This document shows positions 49,085-56,979 of a DNA stretch of 64,000 nucleotides, one piece after another (positions within the stretch are counted from its first letter, which is position 1; each line of letters starts with the position of its first letter). The notes beneath the pieces are model-generated. The model searched no databases. It was not told the DNA's origin and was given only the letters and a program-made list of their open reading frames with translations. The stretch comes from Pseudomonadales bacterium (GTDB lineage Bacteria; Pseudomonadota; Gammaproteobacteria; Pseudomonadales; IMCC2047), in assembly GCA_965230515.1 (NCBI GenBank), contig OZ246007.1, positions 2,585,270 through 2,649,269 on the forward strand. The letters run 5' to 3'. The position numbers and the translations under genes were made by a program.

Positions 49085-50362
49085 TTACTTATTGGCCTCG
49101 ATCTTAAAATCGTCCTGAAGTTTAACCCAATGCGATCTAAGCTTTTCTTTGTGTGCTTCGTCCATTGGTAGAGTTTTAAGAGCTTCAGGCCAAAGCTCCC
49201 TAGCTTTTGCCATGGTGTCCTCCAAGTGCGGCTTTATTGCCCTCCACGGAATGCCAGATTTATCTGCCCACGACTGAATATGCGCCATGGTGACGGTATA
49301 CCATTCTTTGGTTTTGCCGAGATTGAGTGCATATTGCGTTTCATTTTCGATATATACATTCGTTGTTACGATGTCATATGCGGGCGAAAGTCTTGGCGTA
49401 GTTTTATCGGGATACAAGAAGCTCCAATTCTTTAGATGCGCATCGCCGTTTGCCAAGAGAATATTAACCAGCAATCGCCTTGCGAACTGCTGTGCGTCGG
49501 CTAGGCCGTCGCCAGAAAAGCCATAGATGACTTTTCCGATGTTCTCGTAATTGGCTGAGGTGTATTTTTCGTGCGGGTACTTCACCAGAATTTGCGCAAA
49601 GTCTTCCATATGAATGCGTAAGTCATCGTCACGATCAAATCGCTTGATGGCAAAGGCTTGCTTCTCATCGGGCAAGTTAATTTGTGGCAGATTGTCGAGC
49701 TTATCCAGCTCAACCAATTTGATCTCAGGGATGTCAACGCCAACGAGCCCCGCCAGCGACATGGCGGTGTATTCGTTCAGTGGCACAAACTTGTGCTTGG
49801 TTGAGGGTGTTTTGATGATCCAATCGCCTAGCACGTCACCTTTGGATAAGTTATAGCGCCCATCCTTTTCCTTCATGGAAAACTTCATTTGTACGCCAGC
49901 CAGGGAAAACTTGTTTTCTTGGGTGACTTTATCGAACTTAACTGCCTTAGCCTTTCCGTGCGTGTTCAGCACGTAATCGGGAACATCTTCAGGCTCCATT
50001 GGCGTGGCTTCGATTGCCCCCGGTAAATCTTCGCCAAGGTGCGAGAGAATGTGAAATTCGTTATCAACGTTCACCTTCAAGCTTTGTGCGATCAGCTCAC
50101 GTAATGATCCCTCTGGCAACAAGTTTGAAAGCACAGGATGCAGCCGTTGGTTCCGTGCCCATGGTTCTGCCATGAGCTTGACGGCATTCGGGAACGAGGG
50201 GTGAGTGATAATGCTGAATGTCGGGCGCTTGGGATCATTTTTAAATGAGTCTGCAATGCTCAATACATTGCGGCCATTCCTAAAGCCAGCAAGATAGCCG
50301 ACCAATACACCGTGGATGGAGACCTGTAATACGTTTACTTCATCATTGCTGGCTGTGCTCAT
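49085..50362 (-). CDS. hipA: HipA family serine/threonine kinase toxin
   Basis: HipA N-terminal domain (VGYLAG...LLPEG) and kinase core (GVQMKFS, NGDAHLKNWSF). 4-bp overlap with the upstream HTH gene. Confidence 0.85.
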   Translation of the reverse strand: MSTASNDEVNVLQVSIHGVLVGYLAGFRNGRNVLSIADSFKNDPKRPTFSIITHPSFPNAVKLMAEPWARNQRLHPVLSNLLPEGSLRELIAQSLKVNVDNEFHILSHLGEDLPGAIEATPMEPEDVPDYVLNTHGKAKAVKFDKVTQENKFSLAGVQMKFSMKEKDGRYNLSKGDVLGDWIIKTPSTKHKFVPLNEYTAMSLAGLVGVDIPEIKLVELDKLDNLPQINLPDEKQAFAIKRFDRDDDLRIHMEDFAQILVKYPHEKYTSANYENIGKVIYGFSGDGLADAQQFARRLLVNILLANGDAHLKNWSFLYPDKTTPRLSPAYDIVTTNVYIENETQYALNLGKTKEWYTVTMAHIQSWADKSGIPWRAIKPHLEDTMAKARELWPEALKTLPMDEAHKEKLRSHWVKLQDDFKIEANK

Positions 50363-50694
50363 TCATTTTCTCCCAGCAATCCCTGCCATGGATCATCGGC
50401 CAGTGGGTTACTTTTTTCTTTACCTGATTGGCTTTGCTTAGTTGGTGCCCTGGTTGATGACAAATCATCGTCGGCTAGTATCGACAGCACAGCGTTCAAT
50501 TTTTCCTGAGGTATCAGCAGTAATTCACTTTTAAGCCCCTTGGCAACAAGTTCAAGGGTATCAAGGCGTGGGTTACCCTTGGATTCCAATCGCTGATATT
50601 GCTGACGCGAAATACCAACGCGCAGCATCATATCGTGCTGCTTGAGTTCCAATGCGATACGGCGTTTTTTGATCTGTTCGAGTAGTGAGTTCAT
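50359..50694 (-). CDS. hipB: XRE-family HTH antitoxin (HipB-like)
   Basis: 111 aa. HTH (LKQHDMMLRVGISRQQYQRLESG-like). Translationally coupled to hipA. Confidence 0.8.
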   Translation of the reverse strand: MNSLLEQIKKRRIALELKQHDMMLRVGISRQQYQRLESKGNPRLDTLELVAKGLKSELLLIPQEKLNAVLSILADDDLSSTRAPTKQSQSGKEKSNPLADDPWQGLLGENE

Positions 50695-50697
50695 GAT

Positions 50698-50822
50698 GAA
50701 ACATATATGTTGCTATTTATCTGTAAGAAACATATTAGTTTCTTTTTTGGTTATTAGCAACATATAAGATGCTTTTTGGTATGCAGATCGATTTAGTTAT
50801 AAAAAGAAGCATATATGTTGCT
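50698..50822. promoter_or_regulatory. Three operator-like palindromes upstream of hipB-1
   Basis: gAAACATATATGTTGC (50698), AGCAACATATAAGATGC (50755) and AAGCATATATGTTGC (50808) are variants of the ideal palindrome GCAACATATATGTTGC, spaced about 55 bp apart. Confidence 0.5.
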
Positions 50823-50920
50823 TTTATAGGAGCTTAATATGTGTTGTTGTTCGCTTATTGTGCTTACTTTAAGGCGAGCCGAATATCAAACCCCTAAAAG
50901 CCCCCAGCCAGTTTTCCCAG

Positions 50921-51252
50921 TTTGCAAAGCAAGTAGCGCAAGGCGCTACGGAAAACCGACTGGCCGCCAAGTCCACCCTATATGACCTGATGGCAATGCC
51001 ATCGATCATCCGACAGCCTAGATGATGATTCTACATCGCGCTTGAAATAGATATCGGCAGTCGGTAAACAGGTAGTGGGCCCGGAGCATTAAAGACTAGA
51101 ATTCTGCCCTCGAGGCAGGCCGTATAACAGCTGCCAAGTATCTCGAGGTGTTGACTGAAAAGGAGTTTGTAACAAAGCACAGAGTAGGAAGAAATAACTA
51201 CGATATTAATGAGCCGTCAGTTCAGCTGATTATGCGGCAGGAGGGATGGTAG
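50921..51252 (+). pseudogene. Internally deleted remnant of a second fic-like gene
   Basis: Translates to an N-terminal piece FAKQVAQ...LAAK (compare LLKQVAQAHRYLAELKGVAK in Fic). The C-terminal piece ITAAKYLEVLTEKEFVTKHRVGRNNYDINEPSVQLIMRQEGW* matches ITATKYLEALTEKGFVNKHKVGRNNYYINEPLVRLIMKQEEG*. The catalytic core is missing. Confidence 0.6.
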
Positions 51253-51455
51253 GCTGCTGGAAGCCCGTATCTACAATATATACCGGCACTTTATCTCTTG
51301 GGTCGAGCATTAAGTGGGTTGCCACTCCATTGGGGAACCAAACTAACTATCGTTAAGATAGAAGTAAGCCATTCTATAAAACTTCCATTGAAAGAGGGTT
51401 AATTTCTTTGTAATCAATATGTTAAGTGGTTTTTTGTGGTCTGTAAATGTCTATG

Positions 51456-51483
51456 AAAATGGTGCCAGGAGAGGACTTGAACC
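51456..51483. repeat. Partial copy of the tRNA-Leu 3' end (internal att-like junction)
   Basis: aaaatggtgccaggagaggacttgaacc matches 54233-54261 (aaaatggtgcccaggagaggacttgaacc) with one 1-nt deletion. The ~45 bp to its left also resemble the sequence left of the tRNA. Confidence 0.7.
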
Positions 51484-51627
51484 CCTATGGCTCGGGTTAC
51501 TTTTCTTAATTAAATCAAAGAGCTATGGTTTTTCAAAAATCCTACGCTCCACAGGGGCTCCATAGTGTTGCATGGTTGGGGCGACAAAGCTTTTGGTCAG
51601 CATTAATCTTTGTAAGAAATTGCCCGA

Positions 51628-51656
51628 TCTATACACATAGGAAAAACGTGTATAGA
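51628..51656. promoter_or_regulatory. Orphan operator-like inverted repeat, homologous in architecture to the fic operator
   Basis: TCTATACAC - 11 nt - GTGTATAGA(AAA), plus a third half-site TCTATACAT at 51668. Same 11-nt spacing and same distance from the att copy as at 47656-47690. No downstream plus-strand gene. Confidence 0.45.
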
Positions 51657-51802
51657 AAACTCCAATATCTATACATATTAATAGGTTTGGCCCGTTGATG
51701 CTGGTTGGTTTTATGTGTCGAAATTTTCCTAAAATATCGACATAACCTCTCGATATGTCGATGCCATCGACAAGTACGCACCAATTCAGCGAAGATGCGT
51801 AA

Positions 51803-53041
51803 TCAAATATTAAAAGCAGGAGCCATTAATTGCTGTTCACTGCGGCTGATACCAATCTTTGTTGCTGCGTCTTCCCAGTGACTAACACTGGCCAATACTT
51901 CGTCTTTAATTTTTTGTGCGTCTGAAGTGCTCAGCTGAAAAAAATCAATCACTTCCATTGCGAGGTCATAGTTCAGGCTATTGTCCTCATCGCTGATATT
52001 CAGGTGCAAGCCGTTCGCGGGTGTCACGGGGTTAATATCATAAGCTGGAGAAAGTATCCAGCCGCCATCCCGATATATAAAACCATGGTTTCTCAAGTGG
52101 TCATCGGTATTCGAGACTGCAATGTTAAACACGATACGCCGCCAAAGCTGGGCTAAGTCTGCCTTGGTGTTGCTGCCATGTTCAGTGAGGAATTGCGCCA
52201 GTTCCAGATAGCTTGCCTCGTAATCCCCGTCGTAATAGCCCAACTGTGTCATGGCCGAAGTAAAGTGCAGCCGACTTTCTGGCTTACGATCAAAGCGCTT
52301 GGTCAGGAAAGTATGGTGATGGCTGTTGAATTTATCAATTCGGCATTCTGCCATTTGAATGCCTGCATCCAGCGCCAATTGATAGGCGACGAACTCCCAA
52401 GCGGCAATATCATAGTCGTCGTGGCGACTGGGAAATTTCGCGATCCACAAATTGTCATGTTCATCCACGACGCTGGCTTTTGGCCGTCCGCCACCCAGTG
52501 AGGAGCCGGGAGACATCAGCATATATAGCCATTTCAGGTATTCCGGGTCATCAGCATCGCCGTTCTCTTCCACTTGCCGAGCCGCGTACTCCAGGTCTCT
52601 GAGCGAAGAGATTGGCGGCGCTGCCAGCTTCTCGTCGTCGTCGAGGAATGGGCCATCCATGTCTCGTTTGAATCGCAAGGCTCCCAGACGATAGAGATCA
52701 TGCACGCCCAACAGGTAGTCGATTTCGTTGAGCACCTTGGGACGGCGTTCTTCCTGGCGGGCGACAATTGCCTCTCGGCGTTTCATCAGCAACCGGCCCC
52801 AGCGATCCGGGCACGAATCCAGAAAGGTTCTGAAGTTCCTGGAGTCGGCACTATGCTGCTCGCCGCTGTATAGATCCAGATCCGGGTCTATTTTCTGGGC
52901 AACGGAGGACTGTAACCAAGCCTCGTCATAGCTGAAGCTGAAATGCTCTTTATTTTTGATGACAGAGGATCGTAGCGTGCCCACTAATATAGGTTCGTCA
53001 AAATCTTCCCAGTCAGCAAAGACATAGACTTCCGTGCTCAT
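51803..53041 (-). CDS. HipA family kinase toxin (second, divergent paralog)
   Basis: HipA N-terminal domain (VGTL...FSFSYDEAW), GGGRPKASV and NTDDHLRNHGF catalytic motifs. Confidence 0.85.
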   Translation of the reverse strand: MSTEVYVFADWEDFDEPILVGTLRSSVIKNKEHFSFSYDEAWLQSSVAQKIDPDLDLYSGEQHSADSRNFRTFLDSCPDRWGRLLMKRREAIVARQEERRPKVLNEIDYLLGVHDLYRLGALRFKRDMDGPFLDDDEKLAAPPISSLRDLEYAARQVEENGDADDPEYLKWLYMLMSPGSSLGGGRPKASVVDEHDNLWIAKFPSRHDDYDIAAWEFVAYQLALDAGIQMAECRIDKFNSHHHTFLTKRFDRKPESRLHFTSAMTQLGYYDGDYEASYLELAQFLTEHGSNTKADLAQLWRRIVFNIAVSNTDDHLRNHGFIYRDGGWILSPAYDINPVTPANGLHLNISDEDNSLNYDLAMEVIDFFQLSTSDAQKIKDEVLASVSHWEDAATKIGISRSEQQLMAPAFNI

Positions 53042-53043
53042 GG

Positions 53044-53367
53044 TTATTTTCCTTTCTGTTTACCCATCAGTTTGATGTCTTGCAGCTTGCGCCCCAGTTC
53101 ATCGTCGCTGGCGACCTTGGCAAAATCCTCCATTAGCCCCAGTACACTAAGTACAGCGACATAATGTCCCATCGAAACTTTGGGGTCGCCCTGCTCGATC
53201 TTGCGGATGGTTAGGCGGCTGAGCCCGGTCCGCTCGGAGATCAGGGTTTGGCTGTAGTTCCGGCGTTTACAGGCGAGCTTTATATTCTCACCCAGCTGCG
53301 CCAGTATTCGCTGGTTTTTAGGGAATACCACAGCGCTGCGCTTTTGAATGGGTTCTTTAGAGGTCAC
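53044..53367 (-). CDS. XRE-family HTH antitoxin (HipB-like, second module)
   Basis: 107 aa. HTH (SQTLISERTGLSRLTIRKIEQG). GTG start. 2-nt gap to the hipA paralog. Confidence 0.8.
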   Translation of the reverse strand: MTSKEPIQKRSAVVFPKNQRILAQLGENIKLACKRRNYSQTLISERTGLSRLTIRKIEQGDPKVSMGHYVAVLSVLGLMEDFAKVASDDELGRKLQDIKLMGKQKGK

Positions 53368-53478
53368 TATAGTTACCTATTGCGGCTATTTTTGGTAACT
53401 ATAGTGACCAAAACAAGAAAAGTAAAGCTCTAATATGATAGCTATAGTTACCATTTTTTCTAAAAAAGATAACTATAG
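53364..53478. promoter_or_regulatory. Four operator half-sites (two inverted pairs) at the hipB-2 promoter
   Basis: tcACTATAGTTACC (53364-53377) and GGTAACTATAGTga (53394-53407) are exact reverse complements with a 16-nt spacer. A second pair, gCTATAGTTACC (53441-53452) and TAACTATAG (53470-53478), has similar spacing. The first site overlaps the hipB-2 start codon. Confidence 0.55.
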
Positions 53479-53560
53479 GTGCTAATTTGATGGCTTTGCG
53501 GTGGCTATGATGCAAGGCCGCATACAGTTCACCAGTGAATAGGTCTTAGAACGGGTGTTT

Positions 53561-53980
53561 TCATAAAGGCCTATTTTTTTCCTTCAGCGGTAATTTCCTC
53601 GAAATATGGTCGTAGCCGAAAATCTGGTTTTCGAAAGTTTCTTTTCGATGAAGAATGGGAGGGTTGTCAGATTTTTCGTAGGAAGCCTTACGCATAGACA
53701 GCTTAGATAAATCTACGGTGTAGCTGTGCTTTAAAGCGGGATAGCTATGAGTCTCAAATTTAGGGTAGCTGAGAAAGGCTACTTTATAGTCTCGCTTATA
53801 GAGTTTTAGGATATTCCAGCTATTGTCTGGAATTTTCAAGGCATCGGCTATTTTTAGTACAAGTGCTGTGGCTTCTTCTGGAACAGCGGAAAGCGCACTA
53901 GCGTGCACATAAATGGAGTCAGGCAGTTGTTTGCCGACTTTAGTTTGGGCGACTAGTTTTTTAAAGGTTTTGAAATCCAT
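53561..53980 (-). CDS. Hypothetical protein, possibly a truncated fragment
   Basis: 139 aa. Motifs VGKQLPDSIYVH...SYPKFETHSYPAL...NPPILHRKE are recalled from the non-catalytic half of DNA-phosphorothioation-associated putative methyltransferases. This rests on memory only and is not verified. Confidence 0.35.
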   Translation of the reverse strand: MDFKTFKKLVAQTKVGKQLPDSIYVHASALSAVPEEATALVLKIADALKIPDNSWNILKLYKRDYKVAFLSYPKFETHSYPALKHSYTVDLSKLSMRKASYEKSDNPPILHRKETFENQIFGYDHISRKLPLKEKNRPL

Positions 53981-54236
53981 ACCTGGATTATCTATAGAGT
54001 AGAATATAGTTCAACTGTCGGAAGTAAGTGTCCAAGCTAGGTTAATAGATGAATATCCATCCCCCGTTAATGAGGTAGAGCCTGAAAACGCGTTCCATTC
54101 ACGCTCCATACGGGCTCCATTTTTGAGACTAACGGAAACTATAAGGGACTACGGATTTGAAGCGGATATTCATAAAAACCACATAAATATCAAAGTCTTG
54201 TGTTGGTTGTGGTAGTCTATGAGTGTCTAAGAAAAT

Positions 54237-54323
54237 GGTGCCCAGGAGAGGACTTGAACCTCCACGACCTTGCGATCACTAGCACCTGAAGCTAGCGTGT
54301 CTACCAATTTCACCACCTGGGCA
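54237..54323 (-). tRNA. tRNA-Leu (anticodon CAG), CCA-encoded
   Basis: The reverse complement GCCCAGGTGGTGAAATTGGTAGACACGCTAGCTTCAGGTGCTAGTGATCGCAAGGTCGTGGAGGTTCAAGTCCTCTCCTGGGCACCA is collinear with E. coli tRNA-Leu(CAG). It has a long variable arm and the anticodon loop TTCAGGT. Confidence 0.9.
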
Positions 54324-54631
54324 TATTAACGGCGGTATACCAGATTTTCAGTGACGACCTTTCGGTGTCGACCGGCAGTAACGTCTGGGCTTGCGCCCGT
54401 TGCTGCCAGTTTTACCACAGAAGCACCTCCGGTTGGAATATCTGCTGCTACAGTGATTGCTATTCTATATCGGGCTTGAACCCATGATCTAGCAATTTTC
54501 CCATCTGGGTATTTCGACCTGCAGATAGAGGCGCGCACTTTACTGCCGGGAAGACAAATTGTCAATCAGTTTTGCTACTGTTGGTGGGGTAATCCCGTTA
54601 CAATGATTGCCTTTATTCAATTGAGCTGACT

Positions 54632-56971
54632 ATGCCCAGATCAAAAAAATCCTCATCGGATCCGTTTGCTGCCCGTGAAGCGATGATGTACGACAAACCG
54701 ATCCCCAGTCGGGAGTTTATTCTGGAGCACCTCAAGGGGCGGGCTGGCCCTGCACCCCATGAGTTGCTTTGCGCCGAACTAGGGTTGACTGACGATGAGT
54801 CGGTTGATGCCTTGCGACGTCGCTTGCGTGCGATGCAGCGTGACGGGCAGTTGATGCAGAATCGTCGTGGTGCCTTTGGTTTGATCGACAAGATGAACCT
54901 GATGAAAGGCCGGGTGCAAGGCATGAAGGATGGCTATGGTTTTTTCATTCCGGAAGGTGGGGGTGAGGACCTTTATATCAGCAGTCGGCAAATGAGCAAA
55001 GTACTGGACGGGGATCGTGTGTTGATACGCCCTTCTGAGCACGAGCATCGTGGCAAGAAAGAGGCCGTGATTGTCGAGGTGCTGGAGCGGGCCTATACCC
55101 ATTTGGTCGGAAGATATTTTGATGAAAGCGGGGTGGGCTTTGTGGTGCCCGAGAACCCGCGCATCAATCAGGATATTCTGGTCGCGGAGGATTCGCCCTG
55201 CCGGGCGCGACGCGGTCAGATGGTCAGTATCGAGATTGTGGTGTATCCGAGTCGTCGTAATAATGCGGTTGGTCGCGTGGTTGAGATACTCGGTGAGCAT
55301 ATGGCGCCGGGGATGGAAATTGATGTGGCGTTGCGCAGTCATGCCATTCCTTTCGAGTGGCCGGATGCGGTTGAAGCCTCGCTGAAAAAAGTCCCCGGAA
55401 AGCTGTCTGATTCGGAGATTGCACAACGCATTGATTTGCGGGCGCTGCCCTTTGTAACAATTGATGGTGAAGATGCCCGGGATTTTGATGATGCAGTGTA
55501 CTGCGAGGAGCGTGGTGATGGCTGGACATTATATGTGGCAATTGCCGATGTTTCGCACTATGTGACGATTGGCTCCGCACTGGATGCGGAAGCACATCAG
55601 CGAGGTACGTCGGTGTATTTTCCGGAGCAGGTGATTCCGATGCTGCCGGAGTTGCTATCCAATGACCTGTGCTCGCTGAATCCGAAAGTAGATCGCCCGG
55701 TAATGGTTTGTGAGATGAACATCAGTCGACAAGGCGAGATGCTCGATTACCGTTTTTTTGAAGGATTGATCTGCTCTCAGGCGCGCCTGACCTACACCAA
55801 GGTGAGCGGGATGTTGCAAAAGAAACGCAGTAAGACAGGTCAGCAGCTGCATGCCAAGTATGATTCTGTGGTGTCCCATCTGGAGTCTTTGTATCGCTTA
55901 TACAAAGCGTTGCGTAAAGCGCGTGAGAAGCGTGGTGCGATCGACTTTGAGAGTATTGAGCAACGTATTGTTTTTGGCGAAGACCGCAAGATCGAGCGGA
56001 TTGTGCCGGTTGAAAGAAATGATGCCCATAAGCTGATCGAAGAGTGTATGCTTTCTGCAAATGTTGCTGCGGCAGATTTTTTACAGCAGCATGATTTGCC
56101 CGGGTTGTATCGAATTCATGAAACTCCCAGCGTGGAAAAGTTGGCGAATTTGAGGGAGTTTCTCGGTGAGTTGGGTCTGAGTCTTACAGGGGCGGAAAAA
56201 CCCAGTGCCAAAGATTACCAGCAGCTAACTCTTCAGATAGCGGATCGTCCCGATGTGCACCTGATTCAGACGGTGATGCTGCGTTCCATGATGCAGGCCG
56301 TATACAGTCCTAATAATGTGGGTCATTTTGGCTTGGCCTATGAAGCGTATGCGCATTTTACGTCGCCGATCAGGCGTTATCCTGATTTGCTGGTGCACCG
56401 GGCGATTCGGTCGGTGATTAGAAGCAGGAAAGCGTCGGGGTTCGTGCGCAGGGTTGATGGCGCCAAAGCGATGCAGCGGTCACGTATTTATCCCTATCAA
56501 TCGGAAGAGATAGTGCAGTTGGGCGAACATTGCTCCATGGCTGAGCGCCGTGCTGATGATGCGGTGCGGGATGTGGTGCTTTGGCTTAAATGTGAGTACA
56601 TGCTGGATCACGTGGGTGACAGCTTTACGGGTGTGATCAGTGGCGTCACTGCATTTGGATTGTTTATCGAGTTGAAAGATATCTATGTTGAGGGCCTGCT
56701 GCATGTCAGTGCGCTGGATAATGATTACTACCATTTTGACGCGGTGAAGCATCGCTTGACCGGAGAGCGGACCCACTTCAGTTATCGTTTGGGGGACAGT
56801 ATTGAAATTCGAGTTGCCCGGGTTGATCTGGATGAGCGGAAAATTGATTTTGAACTGCCGCCAGGTCAGCGTGATCAGTCAGCCAAGGCTGGCAAGAACA
56901 AAAAGTCTAAAAAGGGTGGCAAACGTCCCGCCAAAGGACAGCGTCATCAGGGCCGCAAAAAAAGGCGATAA
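54632..56971 (+). CDS. rnr: Ribonuclease R
   Basis: 779 aa. Cold-shock/OB N-terminal region, RNB domain (DGEDARDFDDAV..., HFGL..YAHFTSPIRRYPDL), S1 domain and Lys-rich C-terminal tail. Confidence 0.9.
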   Translation: MPRSKKSSSDPFAAREAMMYDKPIPSREFILEHLKGRAGPAPHELLCAELGLTDDESVDALRRRLRAMQRDGQLMQNRRGAFGLIDKMNLMKGRVQGMKDGYGFFIPEGGGEDLYISSRQMSKVLDGDRVLIRPSEHEHRGKKEAVIVEVLERAYTHLVGRYFDESGVGFVVPENPRINQDILVAEDSPCRARRGQMVSIEIVVYPSRRNNAVGRVVEILGEHMAPGMEIDVALRSHAIPFEWPDAVEASLKKVPGKLSDSEIAQRIDLRALPFVTIDGEDARDFDDAVYCEERGDGWTLYVAIADVSHYVTIGSALDAEAHQRGTSVYFPEQVIPMLPELLSNDLCSLNPKVDRPVMVCEMNISRQGEMLDYRFFEGLICSQARLTYTKVSGMLQKKRSKTGQQLHAKYDSVVSHLESLYRLYKALRKAREKRGAIDFESIEQRIVFGEDRKIERIVPVERNDAHKLIEECMLSANVAAADFLQQHDLPGLYRIHETPSVEKLANLREFLGELGLSLTGAEKPSAKDYQQLTLQIADRPDVHLIQTVMLRSMMQAVYSPNNVGHFGLAYEAYAHFTSPIRRYPDLLVHRAIRSVIRSRKASGFVRRVDGAKAMQRSRIYPYQSEEIVQLGEHCSMAERRADDAVRDVVLWLKCEYMLDHVGDSFTGVISGVTAFGLFIELKDIYVEGLLHVSALDNDYYHFDAVKHRLTGERTHFSYRLGDSIEIRVARVDLDERKIDFELPPGQRDQSAKAGKNKKSKKGGKRPAKGQRHQGRKKRR

Positions 56972-56979
56972 CGTTAAAT

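Noticed and set aside
47600-53480. Clusters of short repeats, considered as a possible CRISPR array
   Set aside because: Each cluster has only 3-4 copies. The repeats are palindromic half-sites in promoter positions with irregular spacing. They fit operators, not CRISPR repeat-spacer arrays, and no cas genes are present.
47515-54236. Search for a tyrosine or serine recombinase in the tRNA-Leu islets
   Set aside because: No ORF in the track shows integrase motifs (R..HxxR..Y) or serine-recombinase motifs. The islets are therefore called decayed rather than active.
54326-54565. 79-aa minus-strand ORF between tRNA-Leu and rnr
   Set aside because: It has no SD, its stop codon lies only 2 nt from the 5' end of the tRNA gene and no family is recognisable. 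The region is treated as the non-coding rnr upstream region.
54779-55426. 215-aa minus-strand ORF, and others at 55224-56060
   Set aside because: They are antisense to rnr, whose RNB and S1 motifs are unambiguous. The composition is His/Arg/Gln-biased and no domain is recognisable.
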